Assembly (NCBI GenBank): GCA_964016885.1
Contig: OZ024741.1
Span: forward strand, 201,996,001-202,060,000
DNA length: 64,000 bases
Source of the DNA: Eledone cirrhosa
Lineage: Eukaryota
Reading direction: 5' to 3'
Positions within the stretch are counted from its first letter, which is position 1. Every line of letters begins with the position of its first letter. The notes under the pieces were generated by a model, which did no database searches, had not been told where the DNA came from, and saw nothing but the letters and a program-made list of their open reading frames with translations. This document shows, one piece after another, positions 1 through 12,027 of the stretch. The translations under genes and the position numbers were made by a program.

Positions 1-1274
1 ATGGAAGCACGGCCTAGAATCAAAAGGCCTTAAAATTAACCTGGCTAAGACTAAAGTTCTAGCTTGTAAGAAAGAAAATAAGGCGGCGGTCCCCTCCAGG
101 AAGTGGCCATGCGCAGAGTGTAGGAAAGGCGTAGGTAGAAATTCAATTTTGTGTCCCAAATGCAAAGTTTGTGTGCATAAAAGATGTAGTGGGATCACAG
201 GTAAGCTAACTAAGAACATAGATTTTACATGTGGCCGGTGTTCTGGGGCAATAAGTAGCAGCAAGTGCCCACAAAATACTAGCTCTTTCAACTGCGCAGA
301 GGGTTCTATAGAAATAGTGGACAGCTTCCGTTACCTGGGTGACAAAATAAGCAGTGGGGGAGGGTGCTCTGAAAGTACAGTAGCTAGAGTCAGAACTGGG
401 TGGAAAAAGTTCAGAGAGCTTATACCACTATTAGCCGCTAAAGGGTTCTCCCTAAAAATGAAAGGCAGGCTGTACGATGCCTGCATACGAACAGCAATGT
501 TGCATGGCAGTGAGACCTGGACATTGTGTGCAGAGGATATACGCAGACTAGAGAGAAACGAAGCTTGCATGCTCCGCTGGATGTGTAATAGTAATATACG
601 TGAACGACAAAGCATAAACGAACTAAGGAAAAAATTAGAAATAAGAGGGATCAGATGTTGTTTACTAGAGAGAAGGCTACGTTGGTATGGTCACGTGATG
701 CGCATGAAGGACGATGCAGGGCAATAAAGATAGGCGGTAGCCACGGAATAGGCAGACCCAGAAAAACCTGGGACGAGCTGATAAACTCCGACCTCACACA
801 CTTACACCTCACCAAGACAATGTCACTGGACCGAGACCTTTGGCGGTACTCAGTAATAGAGAAGACCCGCCTTACCTAAACACAAAGTAAAACCTACTAG
901 TCAGTAGGCATCTCTAACAAAATACACCCCTGTCCCACCACCCCCACCCCATCCACACCGCCCCCTTCTATGTAAAGTTATGTTGGTGCCACACCATCCA
1001 GGCCGAAACAAATGAGATCGTGTAGGTGTCACGACAAAAAAACACACAGTCCACGCTGTAATGTGGCCGTGTAAGCAACACGGTAAAAACCTCCCAGACC
1101 CACACTGTAAATGTGGTTGGTGTTAGGAAGGGCATCCAACTGTAGAAAACCTGCCAGACAGTCCTATGCGAGCAAGACAATCACTCTTGCCTCAAGTGGG
1201 AAAACCCCCGTCCAAACCCATGCAAGCGTGGAACACGGGCGTTAAACGTTGTTGATGATGATGATGATGATGAT
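1..1274 (+). mobile_element. RTE-clade LINE, family B, 3' part (cut by window edge; frameshifted) with 3' UTR and (GAT)n tail
   Basis: Translation CPKCKVCVHKRCSG...MLHGSETW...[11 protein letters not shown] is nearly identical to the C-terminus of ORF 52315..55194. A deletion near 714 shifts the frame. (TGA)n tail at about 1248-1274. Confidence 0.93.
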
Positions 1275-1529
1275 TTCAAAGGTACTGTGCTGTTTTTTTC
1301 AGTACGTCCTCATCATAGACAAAATATATGATTTGATATATGCTACGGTCTTGATTATTCAATTCCCGTATTGGCAGTTTATTATTCAATTCCCGTACTT
1401 GATTATTCAATTCCCGTACTGCCAATACGGGAATTGAATAATCAAGACCGTAGCGGTATGTCATATATCAAATCATATAGTTTGTCTGATGAGGACGTAC
1501 TGAAAAAAACAGCACAGTACCTTTGAAAT
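1273..1529. repeat. Imperfect ~257-bp palindrome of a hammerhead-bearing (Penelope pLTR-like) element
   Basis: atttcaaaggtactgtgctg...tcaattcccgtattggcag is mirrored by ctgccaatacgggaattga...cagcacagtacctttgaaat. The centre has extra copies of ttattcaattcccgta. Confidence 0.9.
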
Positions 1530-1541
1530 ATATATAATAGA
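1481..1541 (+). ncRNA. Type I minimal hammerhead ribozyme motif
   Basis: tttgt CTGATGA ggacgtactg-aaaaaaacagca-cagtaccttt GAAA t-atat-a TA ataga. Core intact; stem I relies on G-U pairs. Confidence 0.7.
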
Positions 1542-1754
1542 GTATATATTTTGATTATGTGAATATTTTTCACTTGTTAACATTTTGAATAATATTAAAA
1601 ACTCCAGGAAAACCTAGTGTTGAGTGCTTCTAATCTATTGTAAAACTGTATTCGTTGAGTAATCAACAAACCATATTAATCTTTGGTCATATGTATATAT
1701 ATATATATATTACTTCAAAATATTAATAAATATAGACATTCATGTGATCAAATA

Positions 1755-1820
1755 TATTTTATTATATATATTTCAGAGGTACTGAGCTGTTTCATCAGTA
1801 CGTCCTCATCAGATAAAATA
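1755..1820 (-). ncRNA. Type I minimal hammerhead ribozyme motif
   Basis: Reverse complement reads tattttat CTGATGA ggacgtactga-tgaaacagc-tcagtacctct GAAA t-atat-a TA ataaaata. 8-bp stem I, long stem II, 2-bp stem III with palindromic loop. Confidence 0.85.
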
Positions 1821-2039
1821 AATTTATGTCTGACGTACCTCAACTGTGCTGATGGTTCAATTCCAGTTTTGGAATATATATTTTGTGTATATATATATAC
1901 ACACACACATATACACTTATATGTGTGCTACACACAAATACTTGGGGAGCAAGCATGCCTGCATGCTTGGTCCCCAGGTATTCGTGTGTGGCTTTCAGGT
2001 GGGGTTTGGAGAATGCAGATGGTGTCCTTCTGGTTCAAC

Positions 2040-2370
2040 CAGGCCTCAGTCAGGACAGGATTGATGCAGAGCTAGGAATTCAATTTTGTCTTAGCTCACA
2101 TTGATAACCTCGGACTTGATCTCCAATCCTAGGTACCTTATGGCAGGGATGACCCACTGGAGGTCCTCAGCAACAGATTCTATCAAGCCTGCTAGAGTCG
2201 CATCATCCATGTTTCTATTTCGGAGGAAGTGTGATGTGTAACATCCCGTCAAATGCCAGATTACTATAGTGAAGGCCAACAGAAAAAAAGCAAAGTGATC
2301 TGAAGAAAGTGAAGAAGCTCGACAGATCCCCTCTAGTTGCTAACTTGAGGCAGACAACCCCTTGGTACGA
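2040..2370 (-). pseudogene. Degraded non-LTR reverse transcriptase fragment (CRE/NeSL-like)
   Basis: MDDATLAGLIESVAEDLQWVIPAIRYLGLEI resembles the YLDD...GLEIN segment of early-branching non-LTR RTs. Fragmented by frameshifts. Confidence 0.45.
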
Positions 2371-2616
2371 CCACAGGAATTGGTAGCAGAAAGACATTTG
2401 GATGAAAAAGCACACTAAGCTAATATATGAATTTCATACATTAAGATGGAAGGAATTGGACACACCCAATAAAATTTAATCCTTTTATATATAAACCGGC
2501 CGTAACCGGCCAGAATTCTCTCATCTCTTTCTGTTCAAACCAGCTGTAACCAGCCCTGCATACTGATGTTAAGGTATTGTTCACAAAATAAATAACATGA
2601 AAATCTCATAGATTCG

Positions 2617-3760
2617 ATATTATGTGAGATAAAGCCTTTACTGTGAAAATACAATAGTATATATAGAGTAATGTAAATGTTATGTGAGATATTATGTGAG
2701 GTAAAGCCTTTACTGTGAAAATACAATAGTATATATAGAGTAATGTAAATGTTATGTAAGATATTATGTGAGGTAAAGCCTTTACTGTGAAAATACAATA
2801 GTATATATAGAGTAATGTAAATGTTATGTGAGATATTATGTGAGATAAAGCCTTTACTGTGAAAATACAATAGTATATATAGAGCAATGTAAATGTTATG
2901 TGAGATATTATGTGAGATAAAGCCTTTACTGTGAAAATACAATAGTATATATAGAGTAATGTAAATGTTATGTGAGATATTATGTGAGGTAAAGCCTTTA
3001 CTGTGAAAATACAATAGTATATATAGAGTAATGTAAATGTTATGTAAGATATTATGTGAGGTAAAGCCTTTACTGTGAAAATACAATAGTATATATAGAG
3101 TAATGTAAATGTTATGTGAGATATTATGTGAGATAAAGCCTTTACTGTGAAAATACAATAGTATATATAGAGTAATGTAAATGTTATTTGAGATATTATA
3201 TGAGATAAAGCCTTTACTGTGAAAATACAATAGTATATATAGAGTAATGTAAATGTTATTTGAGATATTATATGAGGTAAAGCCTTTACTGTGAAAATAC
3301 AATAGTATATATAGAGTAAAGTAAATGTTATGTGAGATATTATGTGAGGTAAAGCCTTTACTGTGAAAATACAATAGTATATATAGAGTAATGTAAATGT
3401 TATGTAAGATATTATGTGAGGTAAAGCCTTTACTGTGAAAATAAAATAGTATATATAGAGTAATGTAAATGTTATGTAAGATATTATGTGAGGTAAAGCC
3501 TTTACTGTGAAAATACAATAGTATATATAGAGTAATGTAAATGTTATGTAAGATATTATGTGATGTAAAGCCTTTACTGTGTAAATACAATAGTATATAT
3601 AGAGTAATGTAAATGTTATGTGAGATATTATGTGAGGTAAAGCCTTTACTGTGAAAATACAATAGTATATATAGAGTAATGTAAATGTTATGTGAGATAT
3701 TAAATGAGGTAAAGCCTTTACTGTGAAAATACAATAGTATATATAGAGCAATGTAAATAC
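2617..3760. repeat. 72-bp minisatellite, ~16 copies
   Basis: aaagcctttactgtgaaaatacaatagtatatatagagtaatgtaaatgttatgtgagatattatgtgaggt recurs with exact 72-bp period (2631, 2991, 3351, 3711). Confidence 0.97.
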
Positions 3761-4109
3761 TAAAGGGTTAATATAAATGTGTTAGTATTTTTGATTAATT
3801 AAAAGTTTTATAAGAATATTTACCTCAATCAAGGAAATGTTTTTTCTCAGTTCTTAGAAATGGCTTGTTGATTCACAGAAAACCGCAGCTTTTAAAACTT
3901 CAGTTCATACAGGCAGAGAAATGAAAGCTTTCATCAAGTGTCTCCTTTATATAATAAACCAGGCCAGATATTTGATAAACTTTCTGGGTTAATCATTGGC
4001 TAAACCATTAATTAAGCCATATATATATATATGTGTGTGTGTGTGTATATATATATATATGTGTGTGTGTGTATATATATGTATATATATATATGTATAT
4101 ATATATATG

Positions 4110-4159
<50 letters not shown>

Positions 4160-4395
4160 CATAGAATAATGTACAAATGTCAAGAACTAGAAAAGCGTAT
4201 GAGTCATGATCCACACAGACACACATCTCCTTCTGTCTTCTCCTCCTCCTCCCCCTGTCTTCTATACACACCCACCACATATTACATTGACAACGCAGGT
4301 TTGATATAATACTACCCTTGGTTATTATTTACCTATCACTGATTCGCAGAAAAATCACCCTGAGAATCTGTCTTTTATCTAAGTTCATAGGTCAG

Positions 4396-4439
<44 letters not shown>

Positions 4440-4511
4440 GTATATATATATAATATAATGTATATAAATATAATGTATATATATATATATATACATTATA
4501 TATATTATATA

Positions 4512-4865
4512 TGGCGTCACGCAGTAATACAGGGTACCCGACCTCCCATGGGTACATGCTGAAGCATATAAACAATATGCCCCCCCCCCCCCCCACCGCA
4601 AGGTGGTCGTGGAGGTGCCACGGCAAAAAAGCACCCAGCCCACACTGTAAAGTGGACGTGTAGGCGCCACGAAAAAGCACCCAGCACTCACTGTAAATGA
4701 GGTTGGTGTTAGGAAGGGCATCCAGCTGTAGAAATCAAGCCAGATCAGTTCCTGTATGAGCAAGGCATGGTCAGCCGACCAGACACTGCCCACAACAGGA
4801 CAACCCGTCTAACCCATGCTAGCGTGGAAGAACGGACGTAAAACGGTGATGATGATGATGATGAT
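4512..4865 (+). mobile_element. Severely 5'-truncated RTE family A copy (3' UTR + GAT tail) in a (TA)n tract
   Basis: Almost identical to 41373-41727; flanked by (TA)n and followed by (GA)n. Confidence 0.92.
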
Positions 4866-4887
4866 ATATATAATATATACATTATAT

Positions 4888-4976
<89 letters not shown>

Positions 4977-5007
4977 CATGAAACAAAGTTCTGTTTAAAT
5001 CATTTAT

Positions 5008-5056
5008 CTGCTTACAATTGTTTCTTCCAAACCGAGGTTTGCAGTCTTCGGAGCAA
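5008..5056 (-). ncRNA. Degenerate hammerhead motif
   Basis: Reverse complement reads ttgct CCGAAGA ctgcaaacc-tc-ggtttggaa GAAA c-aatt-g TA agcag. Stem I and palindromic stem III retained; U4->C in core. Confidence 0.55.
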
Positions 5057-5059
5057 TTA

Positions 5060-6400
5060 TTCAGTGATTTTTAACATACTTGACCTCCTTTTCAACACAA
5101 GAGACATATAGAAACATATGTATATATTGACCCACAGTGGGTTGACATCCATTATAATAATATAGCATGGTAATTTACATACAAAGATTACAGTCATATT
5201 AAAGGACAAAATTAAAGTTAAAATTAAAATTAAAATAAAACATTGGCAGTCTACTAAGATAAAGCAAAAGGAAAGTTTGGAGTAGCCAGTGTATGCAACA
5301 GTCACACGTGTGGCATGCACGCTGTTTATCGTTTCGTAGTACAGAGGCTGTTTTCTGTGGCTGTCTGTTTTCCTCGGGTGTTCTCAACCAGCGGGAGACA
5401 ACTAGGCCTGGTCCATTATCCGCCAGGGGGCGTAAAGGCGTCTTACTACATGTATGATACAATTGCATGTCAATGTTGATATATATTTGTTATGCAAGCT
5501 TGTCTGTAGCAGCTGTTAAGATGATTATTTTTTGAAACCAGTGATTTGGTCGATCAGTTGTTCATTGTAGTGTGACAGAATTTGTGGTAGTAACTGTTAG
5601 CTTGATGGGTGTTACATGAGTTGCTCTCTCCCATATAAAGTGAGAATGACGATTGAATTGTGTAAGTGCCTCAGTGAATTGAGATGAGTGGTTGTCATAG
5701 CCAGTAGTTGAAAGTGCCATTAGCAATGTTCAATGAACAATAATAAACATCGCTACTATAATAATTTTTATTAAGAAATAATTGTTTCTACTTTTTGGCA
5801 CAAGGCAGCAATTACCCAGTGCATTACTGGTACTTTATTTTATCGACCCCATAAGGATGAAAGGCAAAGTTAACCTCGGCAGGATTTGAACTAAGATCAT
5901 ACAGGGAGGTAACTCTATGCTTCAAAACATGGCGTCCGACCCTCTACCGATACTGCCAATCCACCGCCTTATTAAGAAATAATGTACGTCAAAGTTATTA
6001 TGGTAACACAGGAGAAAAACAAAGAGTCAATGTGTAATTGCTTGTTATGTTTGTGTGATTGGTTGTTCTCAAATGCTGTAGTAGTCAGAAAGGGGCATAG
6101 AAGTAATCTTTGTTGAAATCGAATGGGAGTATGGCTGTCTCAGCTTGTGGACCGAAGTGAATTATCTGTTGGTCTCTGTAACAGACTGACCATTGGACAG
6201 CCGGAAGCAGGCTATTTATGAAGAACCTTGTTGTCATTGACAATGTCCAGATGACCCTCAGAAAATGTATTCTTCCAGAGAGTTTGCTGATATGAGCCCC
6301 CAAAACAAAAGAATTGAAATACATCGGGTACAGTACATGGGGAATTGACTATCTGAGGCCAGAGGTCGATGCATGCAGCCATATGATTTATTTCACCAAC
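5060..6400 (-). mobile_element. Possible old Penelope-like element remnant (interrupted by a SINE)
   Basis: Bracketed by a hammerhead motif at its 3' side and a perfect palindrome at its 5' side. Protein similarity is weak by eye (CHTCDCC, VCKLPCYI segments). Confidence 0.3.
5777..5968 (-). mobile_element. tRNA-derived SINE with Meta/MESC-like core (family 2)
   Basis: Reverse complement has A box (tggcagtatcgg), B box (gttcaaatcc) and cctttcatccttatggggtcgataaaataaagtaccag. Flanked by direct repeat ttattaagaaataat. Confidence 0.85.
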
Positions 6401-6432
6401 CGGGGTAACAGTTAAAATCTCAGCTTAGATAT

Positions 6433-6603
6433 TAAAGGAATAAAATGATAGAGTGAAGGAAGCATATTTATTTTTGATTGGCATTTTCTGAATAATTTCT
6501 TGCATATCAAATAATTATTAATTATTTGATATGCAAGAAATTATTCAGAAAATGCCAATCAAAAATAAATATGCTTCCTTCACTCTATCATTTTATTCCT
6601 TTA
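6433..6603. repeat. Perfect 171-bp palindrome (85-bp arms, 1-nt spacer at 6518)
   Basis: Arms checked by eye: taaaggaataaaatgatagagtg...tcaaataatta / taattatttga...cactctatcattttattccttta. Confidence 0.95.
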
Positions 6604-7099
6604 TCAGTAAGATCTAAACAATCTAAAAACTGACCTTACCATCTCTTAATTTGCTGTGAGAAACTCTTAATATCAGCAGAGTATAGCACTCATTGACCAT
6701 TCTCATAAGCTGTACACTAACATCAGTATATCAATCTCTTCTGTGAAAATTAGCTGCCTTCATATGACCAGCCACATTCTGACAGCTTAAATGTGCTCTA
6801 CTTATGACACACATTATTATTATATATCCCACAGGTCAAACTTTTTGTTTCCAATGTGTTTTTTATTCTAGCTTTAACATTACGTTATTGTTGTGGAATT
6901 GTCCCAACACATGTTGAAGAAGTAGAATGGCTTAAACACAAATTAACTTCTAGGGAGAACTTAACCATAAGGATTGTGCCTTGAGCAAGTTAGATAGAGC
7001 AATTTACATTTCATTTGGAATGTGGTTCCATGTTGAGAATGCTGCTATGATATTGTCACTACCATCTGTTAGCTTCTACTTCTAGTGATTTATTTAAAC

Positions 7100-7490
7100 A
7101 ATTCGGTTTTCGTGCCAACCCTTACCATGAATCTTGGGTAATGAACGAAAAATACGATTGTGAATACAAACGACCAAAATGGGATTCCTTTGAAGAGTCT
7201 TCAGAGTAACGTTACTTGATAAAGTACTTAACTTGGAGATCAGAGTCACTCCAGGTAAAACCGCTACTTCTCTGAATTGAGAGAGCCCAGCTCTGATACT
7301 ATGGGCATGTGGTTAGAATGTCTCAGGAAAGAATCGCTGGACAGATTTTATGGACAAAACCAACCAGCAAAGAGGCCCAGAGGTAGACTCCGAGCAGGGT
7401 GGTTGGATAACATCCATGAGCTAGGCTGGTCTTGCTTGGGAATCCAGCTGAATCAATTGGAGATGGCTGCTTCTGACAGGACCCACCAGA
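7100..7490 (+). mobile_element. Old RTE (Expander/REX3-like) LINE 3' fragment
   Basis: Degraded frames give FVPTL...HESWVM, YYGHVVRM and KRPRGR. A related copy is at 62170-62620. Confidence 0.7.
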
Positions 7491-9540
7491 AAGTAGAGTG
7501 GTTTGTTCTTCACTTAGGATTTCTCTAGCAGTTGTTTCAACATATATTTCTGGTTCCAGAATGTACATTAACTGCACATTAACTAAGTTAATCCTAAACT
7601 ATAAATTTTGTAAGATTATCTTTGATCCACAAATTTGAGGCTTCTATACCTGTCTGTCTCAAGTATATTCCTTTACTGTGTAGCAGCTGATAATACTTCA
7701 TCAATCACTAGGGCTGCATTTTTCTTGACAGCTTTTACCCAGCGCAGCAAGGCCATCATCCAAAACATGAATAATGCATCCATATTCATATCCATGGATC
7801 ATTAGCATGTGTGTTTTCACACCTCCCTAACTGCTACCAATACTTTGCCAAAAAGGGCTTCTACCAACTTTGTATGTGCAAAATCTCCTCTGGTTCTATC
7901 AAACAAACAAGGCCACTGGCTCTGAAAATGTTCTTTTCATTACTCTCAAACAATACACTACAGAACTAGGCCAATTTTAGCCAAAATGTTTGATTTCTAT
8001 CATCTCCACAGCAATATATTCTTGTTTGGAAACATACTACAGCAGGTTTCATTTCCATGAATGGAAAACCTTATGACCCTAGTAACTATTGCACTTATTC
8101 AGTAATATAAGCAGAGAAGGAGCAGATGGTTAGCCCCTCTTAACACATACTTTAAAAAGTGACACTTTTTAACAATTTTTTAAACGCATTAGTCTCCAGT
8201 GTGATATATGTCAAATCATTATTTATTATTGGTATTTTTAAAAACTTAATTGCATTGCTTTCAAAGAATTTTCTAAACACCATATTTTATTTAACCACCT
8301 CTCTAGCATTTTGAACGTCTCTTGTGATGCATTGGTGGCTGCTGGCATCTGGAATACCAAAATACATTACAGGCTGATCTTGGGCAGGTTTCTTTTTTCA
8401 TGTCATATTCCATAACTCCAGATATATGTAAGTTTCATATGTAATGACACTAATCTTGGAATGTGTAATGACACTATTCATGAATAGCAAATGCAATCAT
8501 GTATATTATGGCTAATTAAATATTTCTTGTAATATAAGAGAAATGAGTGTGCATTTCCACTGTTCATTTGTTGATAACCAAATATCAAGGATGAATCAAG
8601 GACCCCAAATCAAATTATAATAATATATTTTTGTCATGTTCTGGTATTATTTGCTTGGATATAAACAAACACATAATTGTTACATGAGCATCTGCTATAA
8701 CACAGCTGTCTCATAAAACACATGAAAATAATTTATGAATGCCTAGTAGGTTACTATCCATTAAGTATTACATGTTTCTAAAGCCTGATCTCATCAGATG
8801 ATGATGATGATCAGATGATGATGATGGTCAGATGATGATGATTAGATGATGATGATGATGATCAGATAATGATGATGGTGGTGGTGGTGGTGGTGGTCAC
8901 AATAATTAATTTATGGTCTGGAAATTAGAGGAAACAATCAAGAAAATTCAGGTAATGTGGAATAAGAATATGTTAATCCAGAGTAATTTATGAGAATTGG
9001 TGTTAAGAAATAAAATGTATGGGGACATTAAATAAAGCAGTTTTACAGACTTCTTTACAACATAATACAATGATAAAATATATTCATAAAAAAAGTAAAA
9101 GAGAACTCAGACCACTTCAACATTAGAAATTTTTAATAAAATAAACTATGAATCCCACAATAAATTTGAAGTTTACAAAAACCTGAATTACAAAATATAT
9201 ATATAAAATGTTTTTATATTTAAATGATTTGTCAGATTATTTGGAGGTCAATGTAAATAACATGAAAATATATCATCAGTCAGTTGAATCAGAAATAGTA
9301 GGTTATAACTAAAAACAGGGTATATAGCAGAATATGTATGAAAAATATCCCCTCGATTGATTATGCTACATGGATAAATATTTGTTGCCATGGCAACTAT
9401 TTAAACATAACATTATCAATGAAACACTTCAAATCGTACAAAAGTATAAAATGAGTTTGAATAATAAATTGGTATCAAATATTTCACAAAAACAGAAAAA
9501 ATAATTAGATAGAAAATTATTACCGGTATATTAACAGATT

Positions 9541-9727
9541 AATTGTTTCTACTTTAGGCGCAAGGCCAGCAATTACCCAGTGCATTACTGGTACTTTATT
9601 TTATCGACCCCGTAAGGATGAAAGGCAAAGTCAACCTCGGCGGGATTTGAACTCAGATCGTAAAGGGACGTAACTATGCTGGAAAGCATGGCGTCCGACC
9701 CTCTACCGATACTGCCAATCCACCGCC
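9541..9727 (-). mobile_element. tRNA-derived Meta-like SINE (family 2) with TSD
   Basis: Same sequence as 5777-5968. cggtatattaacagatt(aatt) is duplicated on both sides (from 9524 and from 9728). Confidence 0.9.
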
Positions 9728-9863
9728 CGGTATATTAACAGATTAATTTGTTTTTCATTTGAAAAATGAAATTTGAAAAAATACTCCTGGAAGCAAATAA
9801 AAAATATCAACTGAAATATGGAAAAGTTTAAAGTATTTCTTTTTTATTTTCTTTGGGGTTGAT

Positions 9864-10033
9864 ATAATTGTTTCTACTTTTGGCACAAGGCCAGCAATTA
9901 TCCCAGTACATTACTGGTACTTTATTTTATCGATCCCGTAAGGATGAAAGGCAAAGTTAACCTCGGCAGGATTTGAACACAGAAGGGCAAGGGCTGTAAC
10001 TATGCGTCAAAGCATAGCGTCCGACCCTCTACC
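9864..10033 (-). mobile_element. tRNA-derived Meta-like SINE (family 2)
   Basis: Aligns by eye to 9541-9727. Confidence 0.85.
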
Positions 10034-10128
10034 GATACTGCCAATTCAACGCCTTACCAAATATAATAATAACTACATGCTACATGTATTTGTATTTTTA
10101 TTTTGCACCAGTAAGATTGTGATGGTAC

Positions 10129-11328
10129 TCATCATCATCATCACCGTTTTACGTCCATTCTTCCATGCTAGCATGGGTTAGATGGGTTGTCCTGTTGTGG
10201 GCAGTGCCTGGTCGGCTGACCATGTCTTGCTCATACAGGAAGTGATTCTGGCTTGATTTCTACAGCTGGATGCCTTCCTACCAACCTCATTTACAGTGAG
10301 TGCTGAGTGCTTTTTTCCTGTGGCACCTACACGTCCAATTTACAGTGTGGGCTGGGTGCTTTTTTGCCGTGGCACCTCCACAACCACTTTGCAGTGGGAG
10401 GGGGTGGCGGCATATTGTCTATATGCTTCAGCTTCGGCTTGTACCCGTGGGGAGTCAGGTCTTCTGTATTACTGCGTGACACCAGAGGTCACGGTCGTGT
10501 GTCATCATCTTTGAGAGGTACAATTGAGTAAGGTTTTTATCACCTCATCCCAGGTCTTCTTGGGTCTCCCCATTCCGCGGCTTCCATTGACTTCTAGTGC
10601 CCTGCACCTGTTTATGCAACTGTCATCTTTCATACGCATCACATGTCCATAACAACGCAACCTCCTCTCCTGCACACACCATTTGATTCCTCTTATGCTC
10701 AGTCTCTCTCTCAATTCGTTCATGCTTTGCCGTTCACGTATACTATTACACATCCATCGGAGCATGCAGGCTGCGTTTCTTTCTACGCAAGTCTTCTACA
10801 GACAGTGCCCAGGTCTCACTACCATGTAACATCGCTGTTCGGATACACGCATCATACAGTCTGCCTTTCATTTTGAGGGAAAAGCCTTTTGCAGCTAGCA
10901 GTGGCAGTAGCTCCCTGAACTTCTCCCATCCTAGTTATTGTACTTTCCGAACACCAAGCTCCGCTGCTAATTCGGTCACCTAGGTAGCAGAAGCTGTCTA
11001 CTGTTTCTACAGAGCCCTCCCAGAGTTTGGTGGTGCTTGTTTCCTGTGGCTGTTTGCTACTTGCTGTCCCAGCACAGCTGCTACATGTGAAGCCTACATT
11101 CTTAGTTAAGTTTCCTGAGATCCCACTACATCTCTTGTGTACCCATTCTTTGCATTTGGAGCAGAGGATAGAATTCCTACCTACACCTTTCCTACATACT
11201 GAGCAAGGCCATTTCCCTGAGGGGATCTGGGTTCTGTTTTCTCGTCTACTTACAAAGACCTTAGTCTTTGTAAGTAGACGAGACCCTTTGACTTTGAGAC
11301 CCTTTCTTTCTAGTCCTTGCTTCCATGT
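10129..11328 (-). mobile_element. RTE family A 3' fragment, degraded
   Basis: (CAT)n tail at 10129-10143. Minus frames match the C-terminus of ORF 38305..41424 ([14 protein letters not shown]...RLRCYGHVMRM). Confidence 0.9.
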
Positions 11329-11329
11329 T

Positions 11330-12027
11330 GCTAACTACAAAAGGTTTTTCCCTCAAAAATAAAGGGCAGATTGCAAGATACATGTATACAAACAGCAATG
11401 TTGCTTGGTAGTGAGACCTGGGCACTATGTTCAGAGGACCTATCCAGATTGGAAAGAAATTAAGCTTCTAAGCTTTGATAGATGTGCAATAGTAATATAC
11501 ACGAATGGCAAATGATAAATGAACTGCAGGAGAAATTGGGCATAAGAGGGATCAGATGCAGTGTGCAGAAGAGAAGATTATGTTGGGGTGGCCATATGAT
11601 GTGAATGAAGGATGACAGCTTTATAAAAAGGTGCAGAGCACTCAAAGCTGATGGAAGCTATGGAGTGGGCAAGTCTAGGAGGACTTGGGATGAAGTGATA
11701 AAAGTTGACCCTGCACAATTGCACCTCTTAACAATGATCTCTGGCGCTATGCAGTAATACAGAAGACTCACCTTCCCATATGCAGGAGCTGAGGAATACA
11801 TCTAGTATGAACCCCTTCTCTGCCATCACCCTTCCCATACATTTCACACAATTGAATCACCCCACTCCTATACGTCCCCAATTCCCCATGCATCCCCCCA
11901 CCCAAGTCCACAATCCACACCATAAAGCGGCCATCCTGGAGCCATGACAATAAGTGCCCAGTCCACAATGTAAAGTAATCATGTAGGTGTCATGACAAAA
12001 AGCGCCCAGTCCACACTGTAAAGTGGT
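11330..12027 (+). mobile_element. Older RTE 3' fragment, head-to-head with the preceding copy
   Basis: Degraded KGFSL...[12 protein letters not shown]...RGIRCSVQ; 3' UTR motif cccagtccacactgtaaagtgg. Confidence 0.8.

Noticed and set aside
2535-3751. 399-aa and 381-aa repeat ORFs; CRISPR-like appearance of the array
   Set aside because: By-products of a 72-bp tandem unit; there are no unique spacers, no cas genes, and the context is eukaryotic.
11300-11360. Twin-priming inversion of a single RTE
   Set aside because: The two oppositely oriented pieces overlap in element coordinates and differ in divergence, so two separate insertions are more likely.
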